A DNA stretch of 64,000 nt from positions 13,640,001 through 13,704,000 of the forward strand of contig CM120649.1 in NCBI GenBank assembly GCA_051362555.1, written 5' to 3'. This DNA comes from Lingula anatina (Eukaryota; Animalia; Brachiopoda). Positions within the stretch are counted from its first letter, which is position 1. Each line of letters starts with the position of its first letter. This document shows, in pieces, positions 22,868 to 36,130 of this stretch. Both the position numbers and the translations under genes were made by a program. Below the pieces are notes generated by a model. The model was not told the DNA's origin. It searched no databases and saw only the letters and a program-made list of their open reading frames with translations.

Positions 22868-25658
22868 CTATTCTCTAGACTCGATGACAATTTTCTGAGG
22901 CTTTGATATGCAATCAAGTTGGTACATGTCCGGCTCCAGGTCCAGTTTCTGTCCTGGCGGAACGGCTACTTTAAACTGACGGAAAAACATGGCCTGTAAA
23001 ACAGGTAATATCATTTTAGAAAAAAGGGATGCCACTGTGTGTCGACACTTTTAATAATTCAAGTTACCATGTGAATTACAATCACCCCTATCGGAAGATA
23101 TGGGCATGCTTGCTTAACTCACACTGTGGCTCACACCGTGGCATTATTTGATAAGGAAGCTGGCATATGCATGTTGTTAATGAATCAAGGTAAACCTTCC
23201 TCATGTAACCATTTCAAGCAAAAAAAAAAGAAAGAAAAAAAGCGATTGTTATGAAAATAGACCAATGGTTTTTACTTAGCACCATTTGGAATCACTTTTA
23301 TAACTGGCAAACTGCCTCTGCTAAAAGTAAGTAAACAAGACCATATTTAAAACCTACCATGGAGATCAACAAGTTCGATCTAGCTACGGCTTCGCCAGGA
23401 CACTTCCGTTTCCCAGCAGAGAAAGGAAGCCATATTTTATGGTCAATTTTCTTTAAGGCGCCATCTGTTGTAAGGAATCTCTCTGGTTTGAATTCTTCTG
23501 GCGACTCCCAGTTTCTTGGGTCAAAATGGATCACCCAAAAGTTTGGATAAACGACTGTGCCCTTTGGAATATCATACCCACCTGGTTGGAATAAATTGTT
23601 AAGATAAACATTAATTTTGTTAAAATTGAAATGTTATTTTGAATTTCTTTTAGAATTTTGGAAGTCTTTTTTTACAAGAATAAAAAAGGTCGTCTCGAGA
23701 TACCTGTGCTACTTTAAAAAAACATAAAAAATAACTTGAAATGTTTGTTACTTTTTCCTTTTAATTAATGAAAATAAATGCTCTCAATTACCAAGTGTCG
23801 TGTCACGTAGTGCCTTATGTGCAATAGCACATGGTCCAGCCGGGCGAAGTCTCAAGGTCTCTTTAAAAACCGCTTCGCAGTATTTCATCCTCGCCTTGCT
23901 TTGATGGAGGTCGTTCACATCTGAAGATTGATATGTAAGTTTGTATAATTTATGAGTGAAATAAAATGGCTGTCTTAATTATTACAAGATACAGGGTTAC
24001 CACTTAATATGGAATATTTTTTATCATTGTTATTATTGAGGGCTGATTTAACAAAATTTGGCTTGATTCATCAAAAAAAGTATGTCATTGAGTGATAAAA
24101 ATATCCAGTCTTCTATTGTTAGGTATTTTGGTCAATAATATCAAATCTGACATAAGATGTCATTCAAAAGAAAAGAACACCCCAGAAAACCATATCAACA
24201 GTTTGATGTCAGTATTAAGATATTAAAGAAAATGATAGCCTCCCGACAGTGATATGTTACACAGTCAAAGAACTCATTACAGTAAATCATGAAAAGTCAT
24301 CAATAGCAGGTATGACCTCCAGCAGCCGCTTGCAGCGCCCTCATCCTACATGGCATACCCTGTGAAAAGTTTTTAAGAGTTTGGATGGGGATATTATTCC
24401 ACGCAGTGATATTTGCCTGTCGCAGTTCATCACTATTTACCGGCCGATGACCATAGCTATTAATTCTGTGAGTTACTTCCGCCCACAGACTTTCAATTGG
24501 GTTCATATCTGAGGAGTTTGCAGGCCAGGGCAGTTGCTGAACCCATTGGTTTCGAAGAAAAACAGTTCTGCGAGCTCGATGTGGGGTTGCGCAGTCGTTT
24601 TGGTACACAAAGTTGTTCCTGAAGATGACTCTTACAAATCAAAGCATTGTTTGCTGTAGAATGTCTCTGTAGGAACTCTGGTTGAGGTTGCCTCCTAGAA
24701 AAGCCAACTGGTTCTGGGCACTGGCATAAGATGCTCCCCAAACAGAGACGTTTACACCCCTGCTTGCACCCTAGCCAGTACACAATCATCGTTTTGTGCC
24801 TCTCATACACGTCGGCGGACACGGATTCGACCACCAACCCTAAAAACTCTATATCTGGCCTCATCACTGAAAACGACGTGACTCCAGTGTTTTGGCTGCA
24901 AAGGCACGTGGTCCCCAGCCTATTGCAGGCGTCGCTGTATATGACCTGCTGTTAACAGTGGTTTCCCTACTGGCCTTCGTGCAAAATAACCGGCTTGCAG
25001 TGATCTCTTGTTCACGAGGGAACTTGAAATGGGCGTTTGAATGACATTCTGCCACTCTTTTTTGAAGACACTGGTTGTCTTTGTACGACAAGCACGGCGC
25101 ACTCTAAGGAGAAGGCGATCCTGTCTTCTTGGTGTGATACGCGGACACCCTGGTCAAGGTATTGGAGTAGGTGTCCCTGTTTTAGCATTTCTTTGGAGGA
25201 CTTTACTAACGGTTCCTGATAAACGTTGCATTGCCTGGCAATGGCTGTCCGTTTCTGGCCATTTTCTCTGAGAGCAAGAATCCCATAGTAAGCTGCATAG
25301 CTGTCGAACCATAACTTCTTCAAGGTACCTGTCAAGTTTCAGAGCTATATCTTTGTTGCTTCTCTTAATACACTCCAAAGATTGGCCAAACCCATGCGTT
25401 TTTATACAAGGGCAGAAATTGCCTAAAAGACCACCCCTCGCATTTCTGACCACAGAACATGCAACTGCATGCATCAACTGTTTCGACAGTTGTATGGTAA
25501 TTAGGTAACACACCTGGCTACACATGGAGTGACACCTCAGTTTTGGATTTAAAGTAGTTAGAGAGAAAATAAATATTTTGTAGAAAATGTACTCGCCAAA
25601 AAATAATATTCCATATTAGTAGTAACCCTGTATGTATAAGCAGTGGAGCTTGTTCTGA

Positions 25659-25701
<43 letters not shown>

Positions 25702-28203
25702 CCCCAAAATAAAATTGTATTAAAACAGTATGAGAATAACATAACAGTAAGCGATTTCCATTAAATTAGTAGAATGATTTATAGAATAATCGCTCATAGA
25801 AGAGTTGTGTTTCTTAATACATGTCTTGTATCCAGTTATTTAACGGAAATACTAAAAAGAGATCTACAACATCATCGTACTGCTTTTTTCAACTTGTTAT
25901 TGGGTGAATAAAGGTGAATGTGTGTGTCTGTTTGCGGCTGCGTAAGAGTGAGAGCGCGAGAGAACCACGAGGTATGGGCTCAAGTTTAAGTCCGTGCTAA
26001 TTTGTTTGTATTTGTTTGATAGAGGTATAATCTTGTTTGCAAGAGGTATAATCTTACCAAAAACGTCCATAATTTCCTGATACATCTTTTCTTGCACGTC
26101 TGGTTTGTCTGCCACGCACAGCAGAATCCATTTGAGTGTTTCTGTTGATGAAAGTGTCCCACCTAGATAAAACCGGACAACTTGTTTTTAAGAAGCTGAC
26201 AAAAGATGATTGCGCATATCATCATTGCCACGACAAGTACCTTTAAATCATGCACAAAGGGGATTAGAATAATTAAATTTACACTTTCATAATTGTCTTT
26301 TGCTACCATTTTGTTTGAAATTCAAAAGACACACTTTAACAGAATGGTATGTTAGTCTTGAGTTCAGACAATATATGAAACAAATCCTTATAAATGACAT
26401 GTTTGATGACACCTTGTACTGTCATGCATGCATATAATTGTTAATGATTTAAGTGACAAAAACATATTATGCATAATTGTCTATTTCTATTAATTACACA
26501 CAAAACGATTTGAAAACCCCAAAGTCGTTTTTTTTTTTACAAAAATAAAAGAAATAAAAAAACTTCTGGCAACCAGAAACTAAAAACCGTTTTTACAGGG
26601 AGAGGGAAAACGTTTGGGGAGGGACTCGGCGGTTAAATACACCAAGTGGGGGACGAATCAATGGAGGCCCTTGGTGATTAAGTTTTCTCTGAAATAAATT
26701 TACCCTAATGCCGTTTTCCAAAACCGATTTTGGCAACCAGGGAGGAGGAGGTTTCGGTTGTCATGATAGATTGTAATGATAGATTTAACTTGATTAATTT
26801 TTTTCAAAAATGATACCGATTACTTACCAATAAAGGTGTTTGTTACTATCTGTATGATGTGATCATCTGTTAAAACTTCCTTAACGTCTCCATCGATGCT
26901 TTTGCCATACTCTTGTCGTGCCAACAACAGCTGGTCGGTGAGGTCTCTAACTTTTTCTGGGCATGTGTTAATTATGAAAAGGAAATTTGTTTTAAAATGC
27001 ATTTACTATACGTTCTGTTGCTATTTGTTAAACTAACCAAGTGACTATCCTGTAGGGCCTATATTATGCCAGAGTTTAATGCCAAGGAATCACAGGACGT
27101 TTCATAAAATTACCATAAGGTTGATTTGTTATATAATGGTTATCGTTGTCGTTCTGCGTTTGTTTAGTATAATTGTCAAATTAAATTGATTTTAAAAAAA
27201 CAAGCGGTGTTAACGTTTATGATAATTATGCATTTTTTTTTCTATTTTGTTATATCTAAATTACAAAAAGCCAATTTCAATTAAGCATGCTTTATAGTAA
27301 ACATTTGGAAATAGATTATATTAACATAATTTCTAGATAACCTGAATTTAGAGTGGCTTCGTGTTCCTTTAACTTTCGCCTATGAAAATCGTCCAACTCA
27401 TTGGCAATTCCTTTTGCTCTGAGGGTTGACGGAATAGGAACATGCTTGAGAAATGGAATGAGGTCAGCAGGTAGACGACTTCCAAATAAAACGGTCATAT
27501 TTTCCGCATACTTTTTTCTTAGCCACAAAAATTCTGGATCGTCGATTTCATAACTAAAGGTAAGATAAACGATGCACCCTATTATTGCATTATCTTGGTT
27601 TTACAATAAGGGATTTAACACACTGGGAAGGAACTTTAAAGCAGCATAACATCCTAGAGGTACATAAATGCCCATTAAATGTGAAAACAAAATAAACATA
27701 CGAAGTACTAACGGTTATAACCCTTTTTATTCTACAGACATTTAGTTCCCGTACTGGTTTAGATGCGATTTCTGCTCTACAGTAAAAAGCGACTCACTTA
27801 ACTGAATCGTCATCGTAGAGTTATTTGAGATAGAAAAGAATGCGAGGTGCAATTTAAAAAGGGTGAATAGAAAGACACGTACATACCGTATATACTAGAG
27901 GTCTACAGGTTGTTTAAAAAACTATTCAAAATAACGGACATGTTACTCAACGGCCGAGTAAACGTTGACAATTGTTTACGTAGCTTACCTCTTGCCAAAA
28001 GCAATCCTACTGATGATATTGTAAATGAGTAAACTGATGTAGAAATCGACATCTACGGGTTTAGACTGTTTTGCCAACAAAGGGGCAACCTCCTCGAATG
28101 CCGACTTTGCCAAACAATCTAATTTGCCGCTAAAGACGTATGACCTAAAATGGAAATTATTTTTGCTTTTTGAGTAACGTATGTTTTTTGGATTGGAGAT
28201 GAT

Positions 28204-28245
<42 letters not shown>

Positions 28246-29920
28246 AGGGGGAGGCGGATTTCAACCCTTGTGTTGGTCTTATGGTAACCATGCATGTGTT
28301 TCTTCTTTTTGTGATACATGTTTACGTGATTTTCAATAAACGGAATTTGAGGCATTGAGTTAAAGGAGAAACGTCGACCTTTGTTGCAATAATTGGATCT
28401 TTACAATCAATAATAGCCGGTAAAGGGGATTTACGTACAGTGCACTGAGCCAGTTTACCTGAGGACTTTCACTGCCAGCTTTTTCTGTAATATCCATACA
28501 GGTCCATGGTCAGAAAATGCAATATCCTTGTATCCACCGGATATCAGGTAAACTGCAACGGGGAAATACATCTTTAAACTACCAATTACTTGCGTAATGC
28601 TTCAGATTAAGGAAACAGTTAATATTTGTAGTTTAAAATCTTGAAATGCATTCTACGGGATACGGATCTTATGACCTGTCTTTGGATAACCATTTCATTC
28701 GTTTAAATACGTGTATGTATCGGTTCCCTTGTCATGGGAAACAATTTGCCTACAAGCAAACAGATATCTCAATGTGGCCAAGAAATAAATGGATAGATAT
28801 AAACATATCTGACCCAGCTAAATGGATTCGAACGCATTGAAGTTTTTTTAAGTAAGAGCGTCCATATGTAGCCTACATACGCGACCAAAGAGATGTATCC
28901 CTGCCGGCGAATTCCTCTGACTTTTCCACCAATAACTCATTCACCAAATCAACTGAGCTCACCACAATGGAGTTATGTCCAAAACCTGCGGATAATCTAT
29001 CAAAAATTACTGTATTAATTATGTAGTAAATTAACATCCTTCTTGCCTCATACATTTACAGATAACTGCTGCGGAAACTTCAGCTTTTCTATGCTAGAAC
29101 ACTGAAACAGGAATAGTAGTCCTAGGAATCGAAGTCCAGGGTCCAATATGATAATATTAGGTTAGGGTTGGTTGGAGAATTGGGATGAGTATATGAGACG
29201 AATGTCACCCTTACAAAGTAATGGGGAACGGATAACGATTCCTAGTGGTATACCATTCCTGTCACACCGGGTCACATAAGTGTCAACAAGTACCTAGCAC
29301 TGTACCTTCCACGCATGTTCACAGCCAAGTCTTGCCGTGTTTCTTGGACCGTGTATTTATGCAACAATGGTTGTTATGCACTTGGTTAAAATGAGACTTA
29401 CCAAAATTTACTGTAAATATGTCTCCATATTTCTTTTCCATATCTGCAAAAACCGTAAACAGTCGTGAATCTTTCGAAAATGCTGAAATAAAATTACCAA
29501 TACATAAATATCATTCTGCTAAAGTATTTATCATTTACGCTGATTTGTGATTATTATAGGCAAAACAATTAAACAACAGAAGTCGGCTCCCATTAAGCTT
29601 TAACACGCACACACAATATATATTGAAACAATGAAAGCGCTTGAAATAAATTGTCACAAAGACATCAGAGGAAACACCGTATGAAACACTGTCTGGGTAT
29701 AAGCGTATTTAAAGTATTAAAATGATAATAAAGAAAAAAATGATGATTAAAAATCAATTTGGATCTCACCAAAATAATTCCCCAATATCGGTAGCTGTGG
29801 AGGACCTGGCGGCAGCCTGTATCTTTTCCGTCGTAGATATGTCATCACCAACAGGAACACAAATGTACCGACCAATGCCGTCTGCAAGCTAGGCCAGACA
29901 AACACGCTTAAGGTGTCCAT
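22868..29920 (-). CDS. Cytochrome P450 copy A (clan 2, CYP17-like), 503 aa, 11 coding exons: 29920-29770, 29482-29402, 28985-28881, 28552-28459, 28144-27989, 27553-27342, 26956-26828, 26162-26058, 23920-23792, 23581-23358, 22993-22868
   Basis: All junctions are GT-AG and in phase (1512 nt total). N-terminal anchor plus LPPGPPQLPILGN, FAGR, WxxxK helix C, K-helix ETLR, PERF, and heme motif PFSAGKRKCPG. Confidence 0.93.
23992..25630 (-). mobile_element. Tc1/mariner element (family 2) in intron 8 of CYP copy A, frameshifted transposase
   Basis: TIRs CAGGGTTACCACTTAATATGGAATATT / AATATTCCATATTAGTAGTAACCCTG with TA TSDs. ORF fragments contain YQNDCATPHRA and WPANSSDMNPIESLW. Absent from intron 8 of copy B. 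Confidence 0.92.
29105..29270. mobile_element. MITE copy in CYP A intron 2 (same position as 44355-44530 in CYP B)
   Basis: ACAGGAAT..GTCCTAGGAAT...ATTCCTGTCACACCGG. The shared position implies insertion before the CYP duplication. Confidence 0.7.
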
Positions 29921-30068
29921 GTTTCCTAAAAATACAAAAATATTTTTATCCGCCCAATGACCTGATTAAAAAACATTTTAACATTTTAAAAATTGTGTCT
30001 ACCTTTAAGGGTTTCCGTGTGTTCATTTACATGTTAAGACTAAAAGTAAGAAATGTAGGGAAATACAG

Positions 30069-30344
30069 TGTAGAACTTACATAATGGCTATGTGATAACA
30101 TCTCAAACAATTATGGTAGAGTGTTGCATTGCAGTGGTTATGCAGTGGTAAACTAGCCAATCATATTTATTGGACTTGTAGCATTGGGTCATTTGCATAA
30201 CTGGTACTATAATAAAGAGCTGCACAGGTAGTGCAGTAGTTAGTTATTGTTCACTTGTGTTAGAGTTACTTACTTCAGGTGTCCAGGTAGACTTCAGCAG
30301 ATATTATTAGTTTGTAAAAATACCAAAATATTCAGTGTGCTACA
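30069..30344 (+). repeat. 5' LTR
   Basis: TGTAGAAC...GCTACA. It differs from the 3' LTR at only one position that I could see (nt 3). Confidence 0.96.
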
Positions 30345-30345
30345 T

Positions 30346-30359
30346 TGGTGACCCCGACG
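30346..30359 (+). promoter_or_regulatory. Primer-binding site complementary to tRNA-Trp 3' end
   Basis: TGGTGACCCCGACG immediately after the 5' LTR, complementary to ...CGUCGGGGUCACCA. Confidence 0.85.
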
Positions 30360-30365
30360 AGAGCA

Positions 30366-31172
30366 ATGGATTCAGATGGAATTAAACAGCTGGCAGATGC
30401 TATCAGACAACAAACCCTGGACATATATCAAGGTTCTACAGTGCAAACAATATCAGCTGTTTCATTTAAAGCACCACCATTTTGGAACACAAACGCATCT
30501 GCTTGGTTTTTACGTCTGGAATCATCCTTTGCAACACACCAGCCAGCCATTACAAATGACTTGACTAAATTTCATCATGTAATGCAACTCCTGGACTCGT
30601 CAACCTCCAGACGTGTTCAGTCAGTAATTGAGAGACCACCTCAGACAGGAAAGTATGAAGCACTAAAGCATGCACTGTTAGAAGCCTATGAAGCCACACA
30701 ATACCAAAAGGATACAGCATTACTTAATATAAATGGTCTAGGAGACAAACGACCTACGGAACTATTGATGCATATGCGCTCTTTAAATGCAGATCCAAGC
30801 ACACTTTTTCGCACATTATTCATCAATCAGATGCCAACAGAAGTGAGACGGATTCTTGCACAATCACCAGAAGTTGATCTTGACACCTTAGCTAAAATGG
30901 CTGATCGGATTTTAGAAGTAGACCCTCTTACCCCTTCTTCAATTTCTGTGACTACCACAGTGCCTGAAGAAAATCTTACAACAATAACTGATACAGAAAT
31001 AAACGCCATGAAATCTCAGAACCAACGCACTGGCACTATCAAGTTCAAATTATGTAAATATCATTCATGGTTCGGACATAAAGCCAAGAAAAGGGGACAA
31101 ATCATTGATGGCTGTCCTTGTCCAATGTCTACACGAAGACAACAGGGAAACGACAAAGCCAGCAGAAATTAG
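30366..31172 (+). CDS. gag: Gag-like protein
   Basis: ORF from ATG 30366 with PPFW..WF..LE, LGDKRPTELL and a C-terminal CKYHxxFGxKA..PC knuckle variant. Confidence 0.9.
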   Translation: MDSDGIKQLADAIRQQTLDIYQGSTVQTISAVSFKAPPFWNTNASAWFLRLESSFATHQPAITNDLTKFHHVMQLLDSSTSRRVQSVIERPPQTGKYEALKHALLEAYEATQYQKDTALLNINGLGDKRPTELLMHMRSLNADPSTLFRTLFINQMPTEVRRILAQSPEVDLDTLAKMADRILEVDPLTPSSISVTTTVPEENLTTITDTEINAMKSQNQRTGTIKFKLCKYHSWFGHKAKKRGQIIDGCPCPMSTRRQQGNDKASRN

Positions 31173-33997
31173 TGAGCACTGCTGGTCTATCTGATGCTCC
31201 ACAAATTTCTACGATCAATATGGGGACAATCACCGTTTCTGATATTGTCACTGGGCGCACTTTCCTTGTAGATACAGGAGCAGAAGAATCCGTTTTTCCT
31301 GCTAACCGATTTGACCGACAACGAACCAGTGGCCCAAGTCTTATTGCAGCAAATGGAACAAAAATACCTACTTACGGAAAAAGGAAGATGATTTTAAAAC
31401 TAGGGAAAGGAACAAAATTCACTCAAGAATTCTGGGTAGCTGACGTCACACAACCCATTCTAGGTGCTGACTTTTTCACTACTCATCGTTTGGCCATTGA
31501 CCTTTCCAACAGAAAGTTAATCTCATTGGATGGAAAAACGGTCATTCATGCTCACCTCACTAGATCTCAGCAACAAGGGATTCACAAAGTTCACACAAGA
31601 TACGAAGCAGTATTAGAAAACTACCCGGAGCTCTTAGTGTCATCCTTTAAGGAAAATAAACACGGAGTAGAACATCACATCCCAACCGTTGGATCTCCAG
31701 TTAAAGCCAGAGTACGTCGTCTTGACCAAGAAAAGCTCACTGCAGCAAAAATGGAATTCAAGGAAATGGAGAATCTGGGGATAGTGCGTCGTTCCTCTTC
31801 ACCATGGTCATCTCCTCTACATATAGTGAAGAAAAACAATGGTGGCTGGAGACCTTGTGGAGATTATCGTCGACTTAATGACATCACCATAGATGATCGT
31901 TATCCTCTACCTCATATACAAGATCTCAATTCATCACTCAATGGAAAGACAATATTCTCTAAGATCGATTTGATTCGGGGATATCACCAGATACCAGTTG
32001 CCAAACATGATATTCCTAAGACTGCAGTCATCACACCTTTTGGACTTTATGAGTTCCTTAAAATGCCTTTTGGGCTTAAAAATGCAGCACAGGCGTTCCA
32101 AAGATTAATGGATGGCATTCTACAGGAACTTGACTGTAGTTTTGTGTATCTTGATGACATTTTAATAGCAAGTTCCACACCTGAACAACATGAGGAGGAT
32201 CTTAAAGCAGTTTTCAACCTGTTAAGGACAAATGGACTTGTTATTAACAAGAAAAAGTGTGTATTTGGACAATCTGACGTTGAATTTCTAGGTCATTCAG
32301 TGTCTGCAGCTGGAGTTCAACCACTTGCAGAAAAAGTGAAAGCAGTAGCAGATTTTCCACCACCCAAGGATAAAAAAGGCCTTCAAAGATTTCTGGGAAT
32401 GCTGAATTTCTACCATCGTTTTCTACCTGGAATCGCACATCGAATAATACCTCTTACTGAAGCTACCAAGGGCAGAGCCAAGACTTTGCAGTGGACCCCT
32501 GAATGCCAATTAGCATTTCAGGATGCTAAAATGGCTCTTGCTTCTGCAACTATGCTTCATCACCCTGAACCACAGGCAGCAACCAAGATATCAGTGGACG
32601 CTTCTGACGCCGCAATAGGAGCAGAACTTTCTCAGTTTCAATCAGGGATGTGGAAACCTATTGCTTTCTTTTCTAGAAAACTCACACCTACCCAGAAACG
32701 ATACTCCACTTTTGACCGTGAGCTTTTGGCAATTTACAGTACCATCCGCCATTTCAGATATTTTTTGGAGGGAGGACCATTCACCATTTTCACTGATCAT
32801 AAACCTCTCACTTTTGCGTTCAAGAGTACATCTGACAGATCACCACGTCAAGAGAGACAATTATCATTTATTGCTGAATTTACAACTGATATACGACATA
32901 TCAGTGGAACTGATAACATTGTCCCAGACACTCTGTCCAGAGCCCCAGTGGAAACTGATGAGCCACTTATTGCCTCCACAGCTACAATGCCGACAATTGA
33001 CCTTACACAGTTAGCAGCATCACAAAAGACTGACACAAAGATGGTTGAACTGTGCGCCAATCCAGGATCTTTGAAGTTAAAGGAAGTCATCTTTGGTGAG
33101 GTTAAACTTCTCTGTGATACAACTACCAGTCGACCTCGGCCAGTAGTTCCACCTTCAATGACGAGGATCATTTTTGAGGCAATACACAATCTTTGTCATC
33201 CTGGAACAAAACCAACAATCCGTGCCATTTCAAGTCGTTATGTCTGGCCTGGACTCAAAAAAGACATTCGTAATTGGGTAAAATCTTGTCATGCCTGTCA
33301 AACAAGTAAAATTGGACATCACACTAGAGCACCGTTAACCACCTTTGATCCACCAGATAGACGATTTAGTGATATTCATGTTGATTTGGTTGGACCTCTT
33401 CCTCCTTCAGAAAATAACAAATATCTTCTGACAATTGTTGACAGGTTTACAAGGTGGCCAGAAGCTGTACCTTTACCGAATGCAGAAGCAGTTACTTGTG
33501 CCAAAGCTCTTTTATGCTCATGGATATCAAGGTTTGGTGTTCCAGACTCCATCACATCAGATCAAGGTAGACAATTTACAAGTGAACTTTGGCGTGAGCT
33601 TAACAAGGTGCTTGGCATTCAACCTAACACAACAACAGCCTATCATCCACAATCCAATGGCATGGTTGAAAGATTTCATCGCAGATTGAAAGAAGCCCTC
33701 AAAACACGTTTAGACAATGCAAGATGGATGGACCAGTTACCAATTGTATTACTTGGTATCCGATCAACATGGAAAGAGGACATTGATGCATCACCAGCAC
33801 TTCTTACCTATGGTACAAATTTAAGAGTACCTGGTGACTTTATTCCGAACACAACTGATGACAAATTTTTTCCTAACAATGAATTTGTGCAAGAACTTCA
33901 ACAAACAATGCAGAAATTGGCTCCTGCTCCTCCATCTAGACATGGGCAGATTGGTACATATGTACCGTTTGACTTACAACAAGCTGAACATGTATAT
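31145..33997 (+). CDS. pol: Pol polyprotein (protease, RT, RNase H, integrase), -1 frame to gag, interrupted at 33998
   Basis: FLVDTGA, YLDD, DAS...RELLA..TDHKPL, H-H-C-C and D-D-E integrase motifs. Slippery heptamer G GGA AAC at 31145-31151. Confidence 0.95.
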
Positions 33998-36126
33998 CAG
34001 TCATTCTTTGCTAGTGGTGCACTGCGGGGGGACCATAACAAGAATGTTATTTAAATTTAGATAGCCGACCAAATTCTCATGACATCGTTGTGTATGTTTC
34101 AATAACAAATCAAAGAACCTGCATGAGCAAGGAGGATATTGTTATAAAAGCAAAAGAAGAGAAAAAGCAGAAAATATATCGAAATTACCCTCAAAATGGC
34201 GTCTTTTTTTGTGGAATTTCGACCCTACCTCTATTTAGGAACAGTTTGTTTAGGGTTTGAATGAATTATTGAAGCAGGGAATACACCTACTGCAAGAAGA
34301 TATAATAAACAGAATGTGCAAATGGTTATTTAAATAAAAATTTATTTGAAGTCACTGAAAAATGATCACAAAATTAGCTTAACTTACGATACATGCGGTG
34401 TCCCACCCCGATGAAAATTTCATCTAATCCTATCTTTCCGTATTAAAACTGTTCAATCGTCCAAAGTAGTATTTCGGTTAGTTTGTGTCACGAAATCCAT
34501 GATAATATCAGTTTTCTTAAGAATTTCACATTTATTGCTCAGCAAGGTCGATATTTCTTCACCGCGTCCCAATATTACGTTCGCAACGCTGAAACTTCAG
34601 AGATCGATTCTTATCAGACGACTTTAAAATGCCGCGTGAAAATTATACATCGATAGCGATCTTCTTCCATACTCACTAACTGATGACGTCTACACACGAA
34701 TGGCTTCTTTTTACACACTAAAAAAAACAGCTCAAACTGGCGGGTGGCCCATTCTGATAACATGTTACGCAATGACGCTGTCGAGATAGGATGCAGGGCA
34801 CAGGTGTAATTCCCTCGATTTAACCGTCACAGGATTGTTTATTGGGATCTTCTTTGTATGAAGGTGAGAAATAATGAGTTTCGTTTCATTTTTCTTCAAT
34901 TGTTTCAACATATTTGTGTACCGATTGATTTTTACCATTCTATAAGTAGGGTGACTTCGTCTGAACTTTCGTTTTGCGTCTGTTTCACATGGGGGACTAA
35001 AGGTCATATTGAACATGGTGACGCGCTGATACCGTATTCATGTTCTCTTGTTCTCGAAAACTCAATCATCGAAATTGAATTACTTTTTTTTAGTTTTGTC
35101 TTAAATTAAGCTGCTACACTGTATTCCGTGCGTTTAAAATTTAACCGTCTGTAAAAACAGCAATAATGGATTACTAGCAACACTTACGTTACGCAATGAA
35201 GCATCGAAAATGGGTGAAGAAAATGTGTCTCAGTAATGCGTGTTTGCCACTCATAATGCACTGTACTTTGTTTGAATAAGCAATAAACTATTTGTGATCT
35301 TAGGTTATCCATTGTTCGTTATCAGAGTTAACAGATTCTTTGTGTGATTTTTTTTCATAATCCCAAGAGTGGATGCCTTAGTGAGCACAGAACAGATATC
35401 ACCATTGGTCTACATATGTCAGGAAGAATGTTATAATTATGAACTTTGTGTTACACTGAACTTCATTTTGTTAAATTTTGTATTTAACTGAACTTAATTG
35501 TGTTAAAATAATAATAAAAAAATAATATTTCTGATAAAAAACTACAATCTGGAACATTCTTTAGATCAGCTTTGTTCAGTGTGTGTCCCATATGACAGAG
35601 TTACAGTAAATAAAATGTGCATTATTCCTCTGTGTTTGTCAATTCCATTTTAAAAGCATGTGAAAGTGGTGTGCCCCTCATGAATGAAGTGTGTATGGAT
35701 AATAGCAAAAATATTGTTATTATTTACATGATTATAAAAAGTTTTTGTACCCGCGTCAGTAACGTTACCGTGACCCACATATTCACCATTTTTATTAATT
35801 ATGAAATGTGGATTAAATTCTTCAAAACCAGTTTTGAAGCATTGAGACAACACCCCCTTATGATTTAAACTGAAACTGAAAACATTCCATTAGACTTTCA
35901 TTAGTTTGTGCAAAATATATTACCCAGGGTAACGCGTCTTGGATTTGGTGGGTATAGCTGTTCAACTCTCCTGTTTGCCCTAAAAAGGGCAGCTGCTGTT
36001 TCCCTTTTTATGAAATGATAAACTGTGATGGTGTAGCTATCACATCGCAAAATTACAGCTTCCCAGAGAAAGTTTGAAATTTTCGGTCAAATTCAACATT
36101 TTGTAACCACTAGCAAAGAATGACAG
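33998..36126. mobile_element. Non-autonomous TIR DNA transposon (2129 bp, 4-bp ATAT TSD, Sola-like by inference) nested in gypsy integrase
   Basis: TIRs CAGTCATTCTTTGCTAGTGGT / ACCACTAGCAAAGAATGACAG, with ATAT at 33994-33997 and 36127-36130. No transposase ORF. Confidence 0.9.
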
Positions 36127-36130
36127 ATAT

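Noticed and set aside
32047-34064. Alternative-frame and antisense ORFs overlapping pol
   Set aside because: Short shadow ORFs of the long pol frame with no motifs.
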